Below are positions 21,817 to 30,846 of a stretch of 56,695 nucleotides of DNA, piece after piece. Position numbers and translations under genes: made by a program. Each line of letters opens with the position of its first letter. Within the stretch, counting starts at the first letter, position 1. The notes beneath the pieces are model-generated. The model saw only the letters and a list, made by a program, of their open reading frames with translations, was not told the DNA's origin and searched no databases. The stretch covers positions 1 to 56,695 of the forward strand of contig JBGQEL010000019.1 in the NCBI GenBank assembly GCA_041496385.1, written 5' to 3'. This stretch comes from Candidatus Methylomirabilia bacterium (lineage in GTDB: Bacteria; Methylomirabilota; Methylomirabilia; Rokubacteriales; CSP1-6).

Positions 21817-23268
21817 TCACCCACTGAGGACTGTCCGGCAATCGGCCAGGAACTCACCGCGCCACTCGGCGCCGCCCAGCAGCAAGAGCAGGCCGACGTA
21901 GACGAGCCCCGAGCCGGCGCCGACGACGACGAGCGACGCGAGACCGTGGACCCAGACGTCGGTGAGCACCCAGAGCAGGAGCGCGCTCGCCACGCCCGCG
22001 GCGAGCGGGACCCGCACGGCGGCGAGGACGCGCACGGGCGCCAGCCGCCGCACGACGTGGGCCACCACCCCGACGGTCGTGCCCAGCAGCGCGCTCGCGA
22101 GGGCAAAGCCGACGAAGCCGAGCCACGGAACGAGCGTCAGCGTCAGCCCCCAGACGAGCGCCGCCCACACCAAATTCAGGCGGAAGACGAGACGGGCGTG
22201 ACCGAGCGCGTAGAGCGCGTGCACGAGCACCGTCGCGGTGCCGCCGAGGACCGCGGCGATGCAGAAGAGGCGCACCGCCGGAATGGCGGGCGCCCAGGCG
22301 TCGCCGTACACGAGCCGCACGACGGGGTCCGCGCCGGCCAGAAGAAGCAGCGCCGCGGGATACAGGGCCGTCGCGATCCGGTTGAGCGCGCGCTCGGTGG
22401 CACGGGCGAAGCGGGCGGCGTCGTCCTGCACGCGCGACAGCGCCGGGAACAGCACCTTGCCCGCGATCGTCACGAGCTGGAGCGGCTGGAAGGCAAGCGT
22501 CGCCGCCCAGTTCAGGAAGCCGACGGCGGCGACGCCGCTCCAGGCGGTCACGACCGCCGGCATGCTCGCGTCGCGCGCGAGCAGGATGAGCGCGCTCCCC
22601 TGGAACGGCAGGCCGAACCGCAGCACGGGCGCGAGCTCGCGCGGCCGCCAGGCGGGGCGCGGGCGGACGGGCGCCGCGGCCCAGACGATCGCGACGTTGG
22701 CGAGGCGCGCGAAGAGCGCGCCCAGGACGAAGCTCCAGAGGCCCGCGCCCTCGAGGGCCGCGGCGACGGCGACCGAGTAGAAGACGATCGTGTCGGCCGT
22801 CTCGGCGAGCGCGAGCGGCAGGTAGGCGAGCCGCCGCTCCAGGAGCACCGCCACCGGCATGCGCAGGGACGCGAGCACGATGAGGAGCGCCAGGCAGCGG
22901 AGCGGCCCCGTCAGCTCGGCGCCGGCGCCGAGCCGGCGCTCGACGAGCGGTGCCGCCAAGCCGATCGCGAGCGCCAGCGCGGCCGCCAGAGCGAGGTTCA
23001 GGGTGAAGGTCGTGCCGAGGGTCGCGGCGGGGTCGAGGTCGCGTCGCTGGACGAGCGCCGCGCCCAGGCCGAGGTCGCTCAGCGTGACGCCGAGGCTGAT
23101 CGCGACGGTCAGGATCGCATAGAGGCCGAACTGCTCGGGGGTGAGGAGGCGGGCCAGGGCGATTCCGCCGACAAGAATGACGAGGAGGCTCACGATCCGC
23201 TGCGTGGCGAGCAGGAGAAAGCTCCGGAGGGTCCGGCCGCGGAGCCCCGGCGTGGAGGGTGCCGTCAT
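21817..23268 (-). CDS. wzx: Wzx/PST oligosaccharide flippase
   Basis: LARLLTPEQFG, DLGLGAALVQ, VLFPALSR; ~12-14 TM. Confidence 0.9.
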   Translation of the reverse strand: MTAPSTPGLRGRTLRSFLLLATQRIVSLLVILVGGIALARLLTPEQFGLYAILTVAISLGVTLSDLGLGAALVQRRDLDPAATLGTTFTLNLALAAALALAIGLAAPLVERRLGAGAELTGPLRCLALLIVLASLRMPVAVLLERRLAYLPLALAETADTIVFYSVAVAAALEGAGLWSFVLGALFARLANVAIVWAAAPVRPRPAWRPRELAPVLRFGLPFQGSALILLARDASMPAVVTAWSGVAAVGFLNWAATLAFQPLQLVTIAGKVLFPALSRVQDDAARFARATERALNRIATALYPAALLLLAGADPVVRLVYGDAWAPAIPAVRLFCIAAVLGGTATVLVHALYALGHARLVFRLNLVWAALVWGLTLTLVPWLGFVGFALASALLGTTVGVVAHVVRRLAPVRVLAAVRVPLAAGVASALLLWVLTDVWVHGLASLVVVGAGSGLVYVGLLLLLGGAEWRGEFLADCRTVLSG

Positions 23269-23813
23269 CGGCCTCCGTGCTCACGCACGTACGCGTCCAC
23301 GATACGCGTCCAGCACCGCTGCGCGCGCAGGATCAGCTCGACGCACTCGCGGAGGGCGCCCCGGCCCCCCGCCGCGCGCGTGACGACGTGGGCGACGGCC
23401 TTCACGGGGGCCGCGGCATCCCGGACCGCGATGGCGAGCCCGGCACGCTGCATCGCCGGGATGTCCAGCAGGTCGTCGCCGATGTACGCGACCGCCTCGG
23501 CGGCGAGGCCGAGCTCGGCCCGCAGCGCGTCCACCGTCTCCCCCTTTCGGCGGGCACCCAGGACGACCGTGTCCACGCCGAGCTTCGCGCCACGTGACTT
23601 CGCGACCGGGCTCGACTCGCCCGTGACCATCGCCGTCCGCAGGCCCGCGCGCCGGGCGAGCGCCACGGCGATGCCGTCGTGGACGTGGAACGCCTTCAGC
23701 TCGTCGCCCCGCTCGGAGAGGATCATGCGGCCGTCGGTCAACACCCCGTCCACGTCCATGACGAGGAGCCGGACCTTGCGGGCCCGCTCCCGTACGCGTC
23801 GAGAGGACGTCAT
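23265..23813 (-). CDS. kdsC: KDO-8-phosphate phosphatase-like HAD
   Basis: DVDGVLTDG, KAFHVHDG, GDDLLD, GGRGALRE. Confidence 0.88.
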   Translation of the reverse strand: MTSSRRVRERARKVRLLVMDVDGVLTDGRMILSERGDELKAFHVHDGIAVALARRAGLRTAMVTGESSPVAKSRGAKLGVDTVVLGARRKGETVDALRAELGLAAEAVAYIGDDLLDIPAMQRAGLAIAVRDAAAPVKAVAHVVTRAAGGRGALRECVELILRAQRCWTRIVDAYVREHGGR

Positions 23814-25126
23814 GCGAAGCGCCGGGCCGGGCGCGCGGGCGCGGGAAGCGGTGCCGAGGTCTCCTGCGCCGCGAGCAGCGGCAGCGCGACGACGACCGCG
23901 GCGAAGAACCAGAAGGGCTCCATGATGCGCACGATGATGAAGGTGTTCGCGCCGATCGCGTGCACGAGCAGGCCGACGAGGCCCGCGACGAAGCCGAGCG
24001 CGAGCCCGCGCTCGTCGTCGTCCTTGAGGGCGCGGAGCGAACCGACACCGGTTCGGGCCAGGGACCAGACGAGCGCCAGAAAGGCCGCGAGGCCGAAGAT
24101 GCCCGTCTCCACCAACGTTCGCGCGTACTGCGCGTCCATGAAGCCGAACCCCGTGACGCCGTAGCCGAGAAACGGGCGGTGGGCCCAGCCCGCGAGCGCC
24201 TGCTGGACGCTGATGAGCCGCGCCGAGGTGGACGGGTCGAAGGCGACGCGTCCGAGCCTCACCGTCGCCGTCCCGGCCTCCGGCTGGAACGTGTAGAAGA
24301 TCCGCGCCGACACCGGCTTGGGCAGAATCGTGACGAGCAGCGGCGAGCCGACGATCGTGAGCACCAGCGCGCCCACGACGAGCCGCCGGCGCGTGGAGAA
24401 GATCGCCATCGCGCCCAGCACGAACGGCACCCCGAGGAACGCGGCGCGCGAGAGCGTGTAGGCGAACGGCAGTCCCATCAGGGCGATCACGCCGAGGCAG
24501 GCGACGCGCAGACGCAGCCGCTGGGTCTCGAGCGCGATGCCGCCCGCGATCGCGATCATGAACAGCAGGTAGCCGCCGAACGTGTTCGGCTCGCCCTCCT
24601 TGCCCTCGAACGGCGCCGAGACGCGCTCGCCCGACGGGATCTGGGCGGCGCCGACCAGGCTGACGATGAGCGCCGTCAGGAACGCCGCGGTGACGAGCCG
24701 CCAGGCCTGGCGGCGGCTCCCGAGGTTGTTCACGACCATGTAGTAGACGACGAAATACTCGACGTACTTGAGGACGTAGAAGAGGCCGCCGAGGCCGTTG
24801 ACCGTGCCCGTCGCGTAGCCGACGAGCGTCGCGATCGCCGTGACCGCGACGTAGATCATGATCGGGCGGTTGAGCGGCGTCTTGATGGCGAGGCCGAGCT
24901 CCTTGTTGACCGCGGTCTTCGCAAACCAGCTGAAGGCGACCACGACCAGCAGGACGTCCTCGCTCCGGACGACGATCCGCCGGCCCTCGGCGATCGGGCC
25001 GCCCCCGGAGCCGAGCTGCGGGGACAACAGCATCGAGAAGATCACGAGGTAGAGGCCGATCTCCGTCTTGATGAAGACGACGACGAAGATGGCGAACGCG
25101 ATCGCCAGGACGAAGGCGAAGTCCAT
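23810..25126 (-). CDS. O-antigen ligase/Wzy polymerase family
   Basis: Multi-TM; EPNTFGGY, TLSRAA, SARL, PFLGYG, LVETGIFG. Confidence 0.82.
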   Translation of the reverse strand: MDFAFVLAIAFAIFVVVFIKTEIGLYLVIFSMLLSPQLGSGGGPIAEGRRIVVRSEDVLLVVVAFSWFAKTAVNKELGLAIKTPLNRPIMIYVAVTAIATLVGYATGTVNGLGGLFYVLKYVEYFVVYYMVVNNLGSRRQAWRLVTAAFLTALIVSLVGAAQIPSGERVSAPFEGKEGEPNTFGGYLLFMIAIAGGIALETQRLRLRVACLGVIALMGLPFAYTLSRAAFLGVPFVLGAMAIFSTRRRLVVGALVLTIVGSPLLVTILPKPVSARIFYTFQPEAGTATVRLGRVAFDPSTSARLISVQQALAGWAHRPFLGYGVTGFGFMDAQYARTLVETGIFGLAAFLALVWSLARTGVGSLRALKDDDERGLALGFVAGLVGLLVHAIGANTFIIVRIMEPFWFFAAVVVALPLLAAQETSAPLPAPARPARRFA

Positions 25127-25145
25127 CGGCCGGCGGCGAGCGGGG

Positions 25146-28100
25146 CTACTTCACCCGGACGACTTGGTTCGCGAGGCCGAGGCGCGCCAGCTCCTGGCTC
25201 TTCGCCTGGGCCTCCTCGGACGTCGCGAAGTTGCCGTGCCGGATCGTGAAGGTCGCCGCCTCGCCCGGCTGCGCGGCGACGCGCACCTGGTGGCCCGCCG
25301 CACGGATCCGCTCGGCGAGCTGCACGGCGCCGCGCAGCGGCAGCGGGGCGCCCACGCGGACGCTGAGGGGCTCGCCGTCGCCCTGCACCGTCACGTCGGC
25401 GAATCCCTGGTCGCGGAGGTCGGCGACGAGCGCCTGCGCCTCGCGTGCGCTCGGCACCTTCTCGACGACCACGGCGTACACGGCCGTGCCCGCCTGTTGC
25501 TGGCGGAAGCGCACGGTCGGATAGCCGGCCTGACTCAGCTGGCGCTCGATCCGCGCCGCCTCCTCGGGCGTCATGAACGGGCCGAACTCGACCGCAAAGC
25601 GCGTCCCCGACGGCGCGGGCGCCACCACCGCGGGCGGCGGCACGGGCGCCAGCGGCGCGACCGGCGCGGGGGTCAGGCTCGACGCCGGCGGCGGCGGTGC
25701 GCTCTCCCGCGGCGGCGCGGGCGGAGTCGGCGCGGGCTCCGCGGGGGGCCGCGTCGCCGGAGGCGCGGGGCGCCCGGGTGCGTCGAGCTTCTGGCGCAGG
25801 AGGTCCCTCGGGCGGGTCTCGCTCCCGAACCATCCCATCCGCGAGGCGAAGAGACCGGCGGCGGCGGCGCCCGCGAGGACCACGAGCAACGCGACCAGGA
25901 CCCCGCGACGTGTCCAGCGCGACGGCGCCTCGGCCCCGCCGCCCGCCTCTCCCACGACGGGCTCCGCCGGGGGGCCGGGCGCCGCCGGCGTCGCCGGGAG
26001 CTCGACCGCCGTGGTCTCCTGCGGTCCCTCGCGCCGGAGCAGACCGCGGAAGAAGTTGCCGACGCGCTGCAGGCGCTCCTTGTTGCTGTCGACGACCGTC
26101 TCTTCGCCGTAGTAGTGCGTGTAGTAGTGCGTGTACGCGTAGCCGGCGATCTCCGTCTTGACGTCGTTGAGCACGACGCCCCAGACCTTGCCGCCGACGT
26201 TCTCGATGTGCACCTTCGCCCGCTTCAGGACGAGGCGCCCGACCTTGCCCGCCTGGTAGACGAGGATCACGCCGTCGGCCTGCGAGGCGACGATGGCCGA
26301 GTCGGTGACCGGCAGGACCGGCGGAGTGTCGATCAGGATGATGTCGTACTCGTCGCGGACCGCCTTGAGGAACGCGGCCATGGCCTGCGTCGAGAGGAGC
26401 TCCGACGGGTTCGCGGGGATCGGGCCCGCCTCGATGATATGCAGATTGTCGAGCCCGGGCGCCGCCATGATGTCTTCCATCTCGAAGCGGCCCATCAGGA
26501 TGTCGGCGACCGTCCGGATGCAGTCGCGCCACTGGACGCTGCCCACGAGGATGTCGGAGAGGCCCGGCTCGCGCTCGATGCCGAAGAAGCGGTGGATGCT
26601 CGGCCGCCGCATGTTGCCGCCGACGAGGAGCGTGCGCTGCCCGCTCTGCGCCATCGTGAGCGCGAGGTTGACGATCGTCGTCGTCTTGCCCTCCTGGAGC
26701 GTCGGGCTCGTGACGACCAGGAGCTTGCCGGAGCGCTCCAGCCGCGCGAACTGGATGTTCGTGCGGAGCGTGCGGTACGCCTCCGCGACCGGCGACTTCG
26801 GGTCGAAGTGCGTGATGAGCAGCGCGTGGCTCAGGAGCGCGTCGGGCTCCATCTGCGCCAGCGCGGGCCGCCGCTCGAGGAGGCGCTGGACCGTCTCGCG
26901 CGAGTCGATGTGCGGGATCACGCCGAGGACGGGAACCTCCAGGTACGCCTCGACGTCCTCGATCGTGCCGATGGAGGTGTCGAGCGTCTCCTGCACGAAG
27001 GCCAGGACGAGGCCGAGCGAGAGGCCGAGGAGCGCGCCGACGAGGACGGTATTCAGCGTCTCGGTGCCGACCGGCGAGTCCGACTCCGTGGCCGGGCGGA
27101 CGATGGAGACCTCCTCGATCTTCTCGGACTCCTTGATGAGCGCCTCCTGATGCTTCCCCTTCAGGAGCGTGAGAAGATCGTCGTTGTTCTTCGCCTCGCG
27201 CTGGAGGCGTTGCATCGTCAGCTCGACCTCGGGAATCTCGCGGTTCTTCTGGAAGAGCTCGCCCATCTGGCGGTTGAGGATCTCCTCGCGGCTCCGGAGG
27301 GCCGCGATCTGCGCCGCCACCTCGCGCCGCATCTCGAGCCGGATCTCGCGCATGCGGTCGTCGAGCGCCTGCAGCCGCGGATGCTTGTCGGTCACCTCGA
27401 GCGCGAGGTTGTTCCGCTCGAGCAGCAGCTCCGAGTACATCGTCTGGAGCTTCTGCACGGCGGGGTTGGCCGTCTCGATGAAGACCCGCTCCGACGTGCT
27501 GGACGGCTCGGTCCGCAGGAGTCGCGGCTGCACGAGCTCGAGCTCGGTCCGCTGCTGGCGGACCTTCTCGATGTCCCCGCGCACCTGCGTGAACAGCGAC
27601 AGCAGCACCGCCGACTCGGCGCCCGGCAGGATGATCCGGTTCGCCTCACGATACGCCCACACCTCGGCCTCGGCGCGCTTGACGCGAGCCTCGACCTCCT
27701 TGAGCTGACCCTCGATGAACTTGCGCGCCTCGGTGACGCGGACGTTGCGCTGGCCCTTGTTGTACTCGCGATAGACCTCGGCGACGGTGTTGGCGATGTC
27801 CCGGGCCTCGCGCTGGTTCGTCGAGGTCGCGGTGATCTCCAGGATGCTGGTGTTCGGGACGCGCGCGACCCGCACCTTCGAGCTGATGGCGTCGAGCGCC
27901 GCCCAGTAGCTCTTCGACTCTCGCAGCGCCTCGCCGGAGGCCGTCTCCGGGAGCCGGCCGAGCCGCTTCGCGGCCTCCTCGAGGATCGGATAGCTCTTGA
28001 TGATGGTGACCTGCGTCTCGATGTTGTCCGAGCCCGAGTAGGACAGCACCTCGACGAGCAGACCCGAGAGCTGCGTCGACTGCTCGTACTTCACCGCCGC

Positions 28101-28241
28101 CGTCGCCTGATAGATCGGGACCTTCTGCTTGGCGAACCAGAAGCTGAAGAGCGCGACGAGGACCGTCGAGCTGATGATGATCAGCCGCCGGCGGCGGACG
28201 ATCACCCAGTAGTCGCGGAGGTTCATCTCGTACTGCGCCAC
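25146..28241 (-). CDS. wzc: Wzc polysaccharide co-polymerase/BY-kinase fused to extra TM, Pro linker and SPOR-like domains
   Basis: LRDYW+TM1, coiled coil, TM2, AEAYRTLRTN, QEGKTT, IDTPP, Tyr cluster YAYTHYYTHYY, then TM and SPOR-like C-terminus; start GTG 28241 or ATG 28226. Confidence 0.9.
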   Translation of the reverse strand: MAQYEMNLRDYWVIVRRRRLIIISSTVLVALFSFWFAKQKVPIYQATAAVKYEQSTQLSGLLVEVLSYSGSDNIETQVTIIKSYPILEEAAKRLGRLPETASGEALRESKSYWAALDAISSKVRVARVPNTSILEITATSTNQREARDIANTVAEVYREYNKGQRNVRVTEARKFIEGQLKEVEARVKRAEAEVWAYREANRIILPGAESAVLLSLFTQVRGDIEKVRQQRTELELVQPRLLRTEPSSTSERVFIETANPAVQKLQTMYSELLLERNNLALEVTDKHPRLQALDDRMREIRLEMRREVAAQIAALRSREEILNRQMGELFQKNREIPEVELTMQRLQREAKNNDDLLTLLKGKHQEALIKESEKIEEVSIVRPATESDSPVGTETLNTVLVGALLGLSLGLVLAFVQETLDTSIGTIEDVEAYLEVPVLGVIPHIDSRETVQRLLERRPALAQMEPDALLSHALLITHFDPKSPVAEAYRTLRTNIQFARLERSGKLLVVTSPTLQEGKTTTIVNLALTMAQSGQRTLLVGGNMRRPSIHRFFGIEREPGLSDILVGSVQWRDCIRTVADILMGRFEMEDIMAAPGLDNLHIIEAGPIPANPSELLSTQAMAAFLKAVRDEYDIILIDTPPVLPVTDSAIVASQADGVILVYQAGKVGRLVLKRAKVHIENVGGKVWGVVLNDVKTEIAGYAYTHYYTHYYGEETVVDSNKERLQRVGNFFRGLLRREGPQETTAVELPATPAAPGPPAEPVVGEAGGGAEAPSRWTRRGVLVALLVVLAGAAAAGLFASRMGWFGSETRPRDLLRQKLDAPGRPAPPATRPPAEPAPTPPAPPRESAPPPPASSLTPAPVAPLAPVPPPAVVAPAPSGTRFAVEFGPFMTPEEAARIERQLSQAGYPTVRFRQQQAGTAVYAVVVEKVPSAREAQALVADLRDQGFADVTVQGDGEPLSVRVGAPLPLRGAVQLAERIRAAGHQVRVAAQPGEAATFTIRHGNFATSEEAQAKSQELARLGLANQVVRVK

Positions 28242-28909
28242 TAGCGGAACACCTCGCTGAAGCGGAGGCGCTCGAGCCGCTCGATGAGCACCGCCGCGCG
28301 CTGTTTCTCGCCGTCGCCCGCCGCGCGTGCGGGCGCCCCCGCCTCGGCCGGAGCCGGCGGCGCCGGGGCGTCGTGCGGCGCGGGTTCCGGCTGGAGGGCG
28401 CGACGCGCGGAGGCATCCGCCCCCGCGCGTGCGGCGCCGGATGCGCGCGCGGCGTCGAAACGATCGAGGCTGACCAGCTCCGCGCCCTCCCCGTCCAGGA
28501 AGACGCGACACTCGACCGCCACGGGGCCCAGCGCACCGAGCGGCGTGAGCGTCCCGAGGACCCGGAGCGCGCGATCGCTCCAGCGCGTGGCCACGACGAA
28601 GGTCCGCGGTGCCGCCTGCGTGTCCACGACCACGTCGCCGAAGACGCGCGCCGTGAGGCCGGCGTGCTCGCGCCACCAGGCGGCCGCCTCCAGCGCGCGC
28701 AGGACGGCGGCCGGCTCCGCCACGAGGTCGCAGAGGACCAGCACGAGTCGACCGCCGGCGTCCACCCCCGCCAGCTCCACCGCGATCTCGCCCGCGCTCG
28801 CCGGGCGCTCGAGGCGCGTGAGTCCCGCCTCCAGGTGGGCGAAGCACCCGGCCACGACCCTCGCGAGCTCCGCGGGGTCGTCGATCGGGCGGCGCCCGAT
28901 CAGCTTCAC
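28241..28909 (-). CDS. Hypothetical protein, NucS/DUF91-like PD-(D/E)XK fold with degenerate active site
   Basis: LEAGLTRLE..VELAGVDAGGRLVLV..VLRALEAAAWW..RTFVVA pattern; coupled on both sides. Confidence 0.55.
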   Translation of the reverse strand: MKLIGRRPIDDPAELARVVAGCFAHLEAGLTRLERPASAGEIAVELAGVDAGGRLVLVLCDLVAEPAAVLRALEAAAWWREHAGLTARVFGDVVVDTQAAPRTFVVATRWSDRALRVLGTLTPLGALGPVAVECRVFLDGEGAELVSLDRFDAARASGAARAGADASARRALQPEPAPHDAPAPPAPAEAGAPARAAGDGEKQRAAVLIERLERLRFSEVFR

Positions 28910-30036
28910 CGCGCGGTCTCCGCGACGGGACCGGTGATGTACTGGAACGGCGCCTCGGAGAGGTCGGTCGTCTTCGGCGTCACGAGGCGCTGGCCCTTGC
29001 CGTCGGCGACGATCTCGACACGCGGCCGGAGCGGGTGGTTGCGATTGACCGCGATGACGCGCCCGACCTCACCCGTATTGAGACGCACGAGCGTACCGGG
29101 GGGAAACACCGAGATCTCGGAGAGCAACGCCTTGATGAGCGGGGGCGCGAACGACTCGTGCTTCGATCGCACGATGTCGCGGATCGCCTCGTGCGGCCGC
29201 AGCCGGGGGCGCGACGACGGCGGGACGGTCAGTCCCGTGTAGAGGTCCACGAGGCCGAGGATCTTGGCGTCGGCGTTGATCGCCGAGCCCAGCAGCCCCT
29301 GCGGGAATCCCTGGCCCTGCTCGCGCTCGTGGTGTTGCAGGACCGCCTCGACGAGGCCGTCGTAGGGCGGCGCCCAGCGACGGATCAGCTCGGCGCTCAG
29401 CTTCGGGTGCGAGTGATACTGCGCCTGCTCGTCCGGCGACAGGGCGTCGAGCCGCCGGACCATGGTCTCGGGCAGCTGCCAGAGCCCGACGTCGATGAGG
29501 CATCCGGCCATTCCGAGACGGACGAGGCGCCGGCGGTCGTACCCGGTGTCGGTGCCGATGCGCATCGCGATCACCGCGACGCGGGCCTGGTGGAAGGCGA
29601 GGTAATCCACGCCCGGGGGCGCCGCGGGATTGTTGGCGATCCAGAAAAGCTCCGCCGACCGCTCGAGCGAGGCGGCCGTCCGCTCCATCAGCTGCTCGAG
29701 GTCGCCCCACGGGAACGGCTCGCCGGCGCGCGCGACGTCCCGCACGCGGCCGAGGAAGAGCTGGAGCTCGCCGAAGAGCACCTCGGCGCTCCCGCCGACG
29801 CCCTCGGCCGGCGCCGGGGGCGGCGGCGTCTCGAGCGTCGGCGCGGGCTCGACCGGGCGCGCGGGCGCCGGCGGCGCGACGCTCGCGAGCCGCGTCCGCG
29901 GGAGCGTGTCGGGCACGCCGGCCGTCGCGGGCGGCTCGACCGCCGCGGGGGGCGAGGACCGCGTGGCGGCCGCATCCTTCTCGGGCGCCGGCGCCTCCTT
30001 GACGATGCCGCGCACGAGATCGCTCATGCGCACCAT
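28906..30036 (-). CDS. HD-GYP-like protein (degenerate) with Pro-rich N-terminus
   Basis: HQARVA, LIDVG (in place of LHDIG), HP, QHHERxxGxGFPxGL, FPPGTLVRLNTGE tail. Confidence 0.82.
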   Translation of the reverse strand: MVRMSDLVRGIVKEAPAPEKDAAATRSSPPAAVEPPATAGVPDTLPRTRLASVAPPAPARPVEPAPTLETPPPPAPAEGVGGSAEVLFGELQLFLGRVRDVARAGEPFPWGDLEQLMERTAASLERSAELFWIANNPAAPPGVDYLAFHQARVAVIAMRIGTDTGYDRRRLVRLGMAGCLIDVGLWQLPETMVRRLDALSPDEQAQYHSHPKLSAELIRRWAPPYDGLVEAVLQHHEREQGQGFPQGLLGSAINADAKILGLVDLYTGLTVPPSSRPRLRPHEAIRDIVRSKHESFAPPLIKALLSEISVFPPGTLVRLNTGEVGRVIAVNRNHPLRPRVEIVADGKGQRLVTPKTTDLSEAPFQYITGPVAETAR

Positions 30037-30842
30037 CAGGACACGCCCACCATGTCCTTGATGACCTCGGCGATGATCCGCTCCGAGATCTCCTTCACGC
30101 GCTTGGAGTAGCCGACCAGGAGGGCGACGTCGCAGAGGTTGTTGATCTCGCGCGGCGTCCCGCGCGTGAAGTCGAAGATGAGCTTGACCGCCTCCTCGGT
30201 GAAGAGCCGGTTCACCGAGCCCGCCATCCGCAGGCGATGCGCGATGTAGTTCGCGGTGTGCGTGAAGTCGAGCGTGTTGAGGTGGTAGCGCAGCGTGATG
30301 CGCTGGTCGAGGTGCTTGAGGCGCCGCACCTTGACGGCGAGCTCGGGCGAGCCGATGAGGAGTAGCGTCACCAGAAAGCGCTCGTCGGTCTGGAAGTTCA
30401 GCAGCAGCCGGAGCTCCTCGAACACGCCCTCGTCGTCGATGAGCTGGGCCTCGTCCACGATGACGACGCTGTCGCGCCCGGCCTGGTAGTTCCGGTAGAA
30501 CACGTCGTTGAGCAGGTGGAGCAGCTCGGGCTTGCGCTTCTCCTCCGTCTCGACGCCGAGCTGGTAGAGGACTTCGCGGAGGAAGTCGACCGCGTTCCAG
30601 CTCGGGTTGGTCAGGAGGCCGATCTCGTAGCGCTCCGCCTCGAGTCGCCCGATGAGCGCGCGCGAGAGCGTCGTCTTGCCGCACCCGTACTCGCCCGTGA
30701 GCATCCCGCAGCCCTTGCGGTGGCGCACGGTGTAGACGAGCCGGACGAGCGCCTCCTCGTGCTCGGGCGAGAGATAGAAGAACTTCGGATTCGGCGAGTT
30801 GTCGAACGGCGGCTCGGTGAGCTCCCAGTACGCTTCGTACAT
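30036..30842 (-). CDS. ExeA/GspA-like AAA ATPase (stand-alone)
   Basis: MYEAYW..PF..PNPKFFY, GEYGCGKTT, VDEAQ, GSPEL, LDQRI, GTPREINNLCD. Confidence 0.9.
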   Translation of the reverse strand: MYEAYWELTEPPFDNSPNPKFFYLSPEHEEALVRLVYTVRHRKGCGMLTGEYGCGKTTLSRALIGRLEAERYEIGLLTNPSWNAVDFLREVLYQLGVETEEKRKPELLHLLNDVFYRNYQAGRDSVVIVDEAQLIDDEGVFEELRLLLNFQTDERFLVTLLLIGSPELAVKVRRLKHLDQRITLRYHLNTLDFTHTANYIAHRLRMAGSVNRLFTEEAVKLIFDFTRGTPREINNLCDVALLVGYSKRVKEISERIIAEVIKDMVGVS

Positions 30843-30846
30843 CAGT

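Noticed and set aside
25068..28244. 1058-aa plus-strand ORF (also 2656-4797, 21181-23925, 36505-38481, 53074-55941)
   Set aside because: Antisense shadows of clear genes; expected with extreme GC3 bias
28242..28847. N-terminal 200-aa extension of Wzc in the ORF track
   Set aside because: Arg/Gly-rich off-frame read overlapping the real upstream gene; Wzc homology starts near 28241
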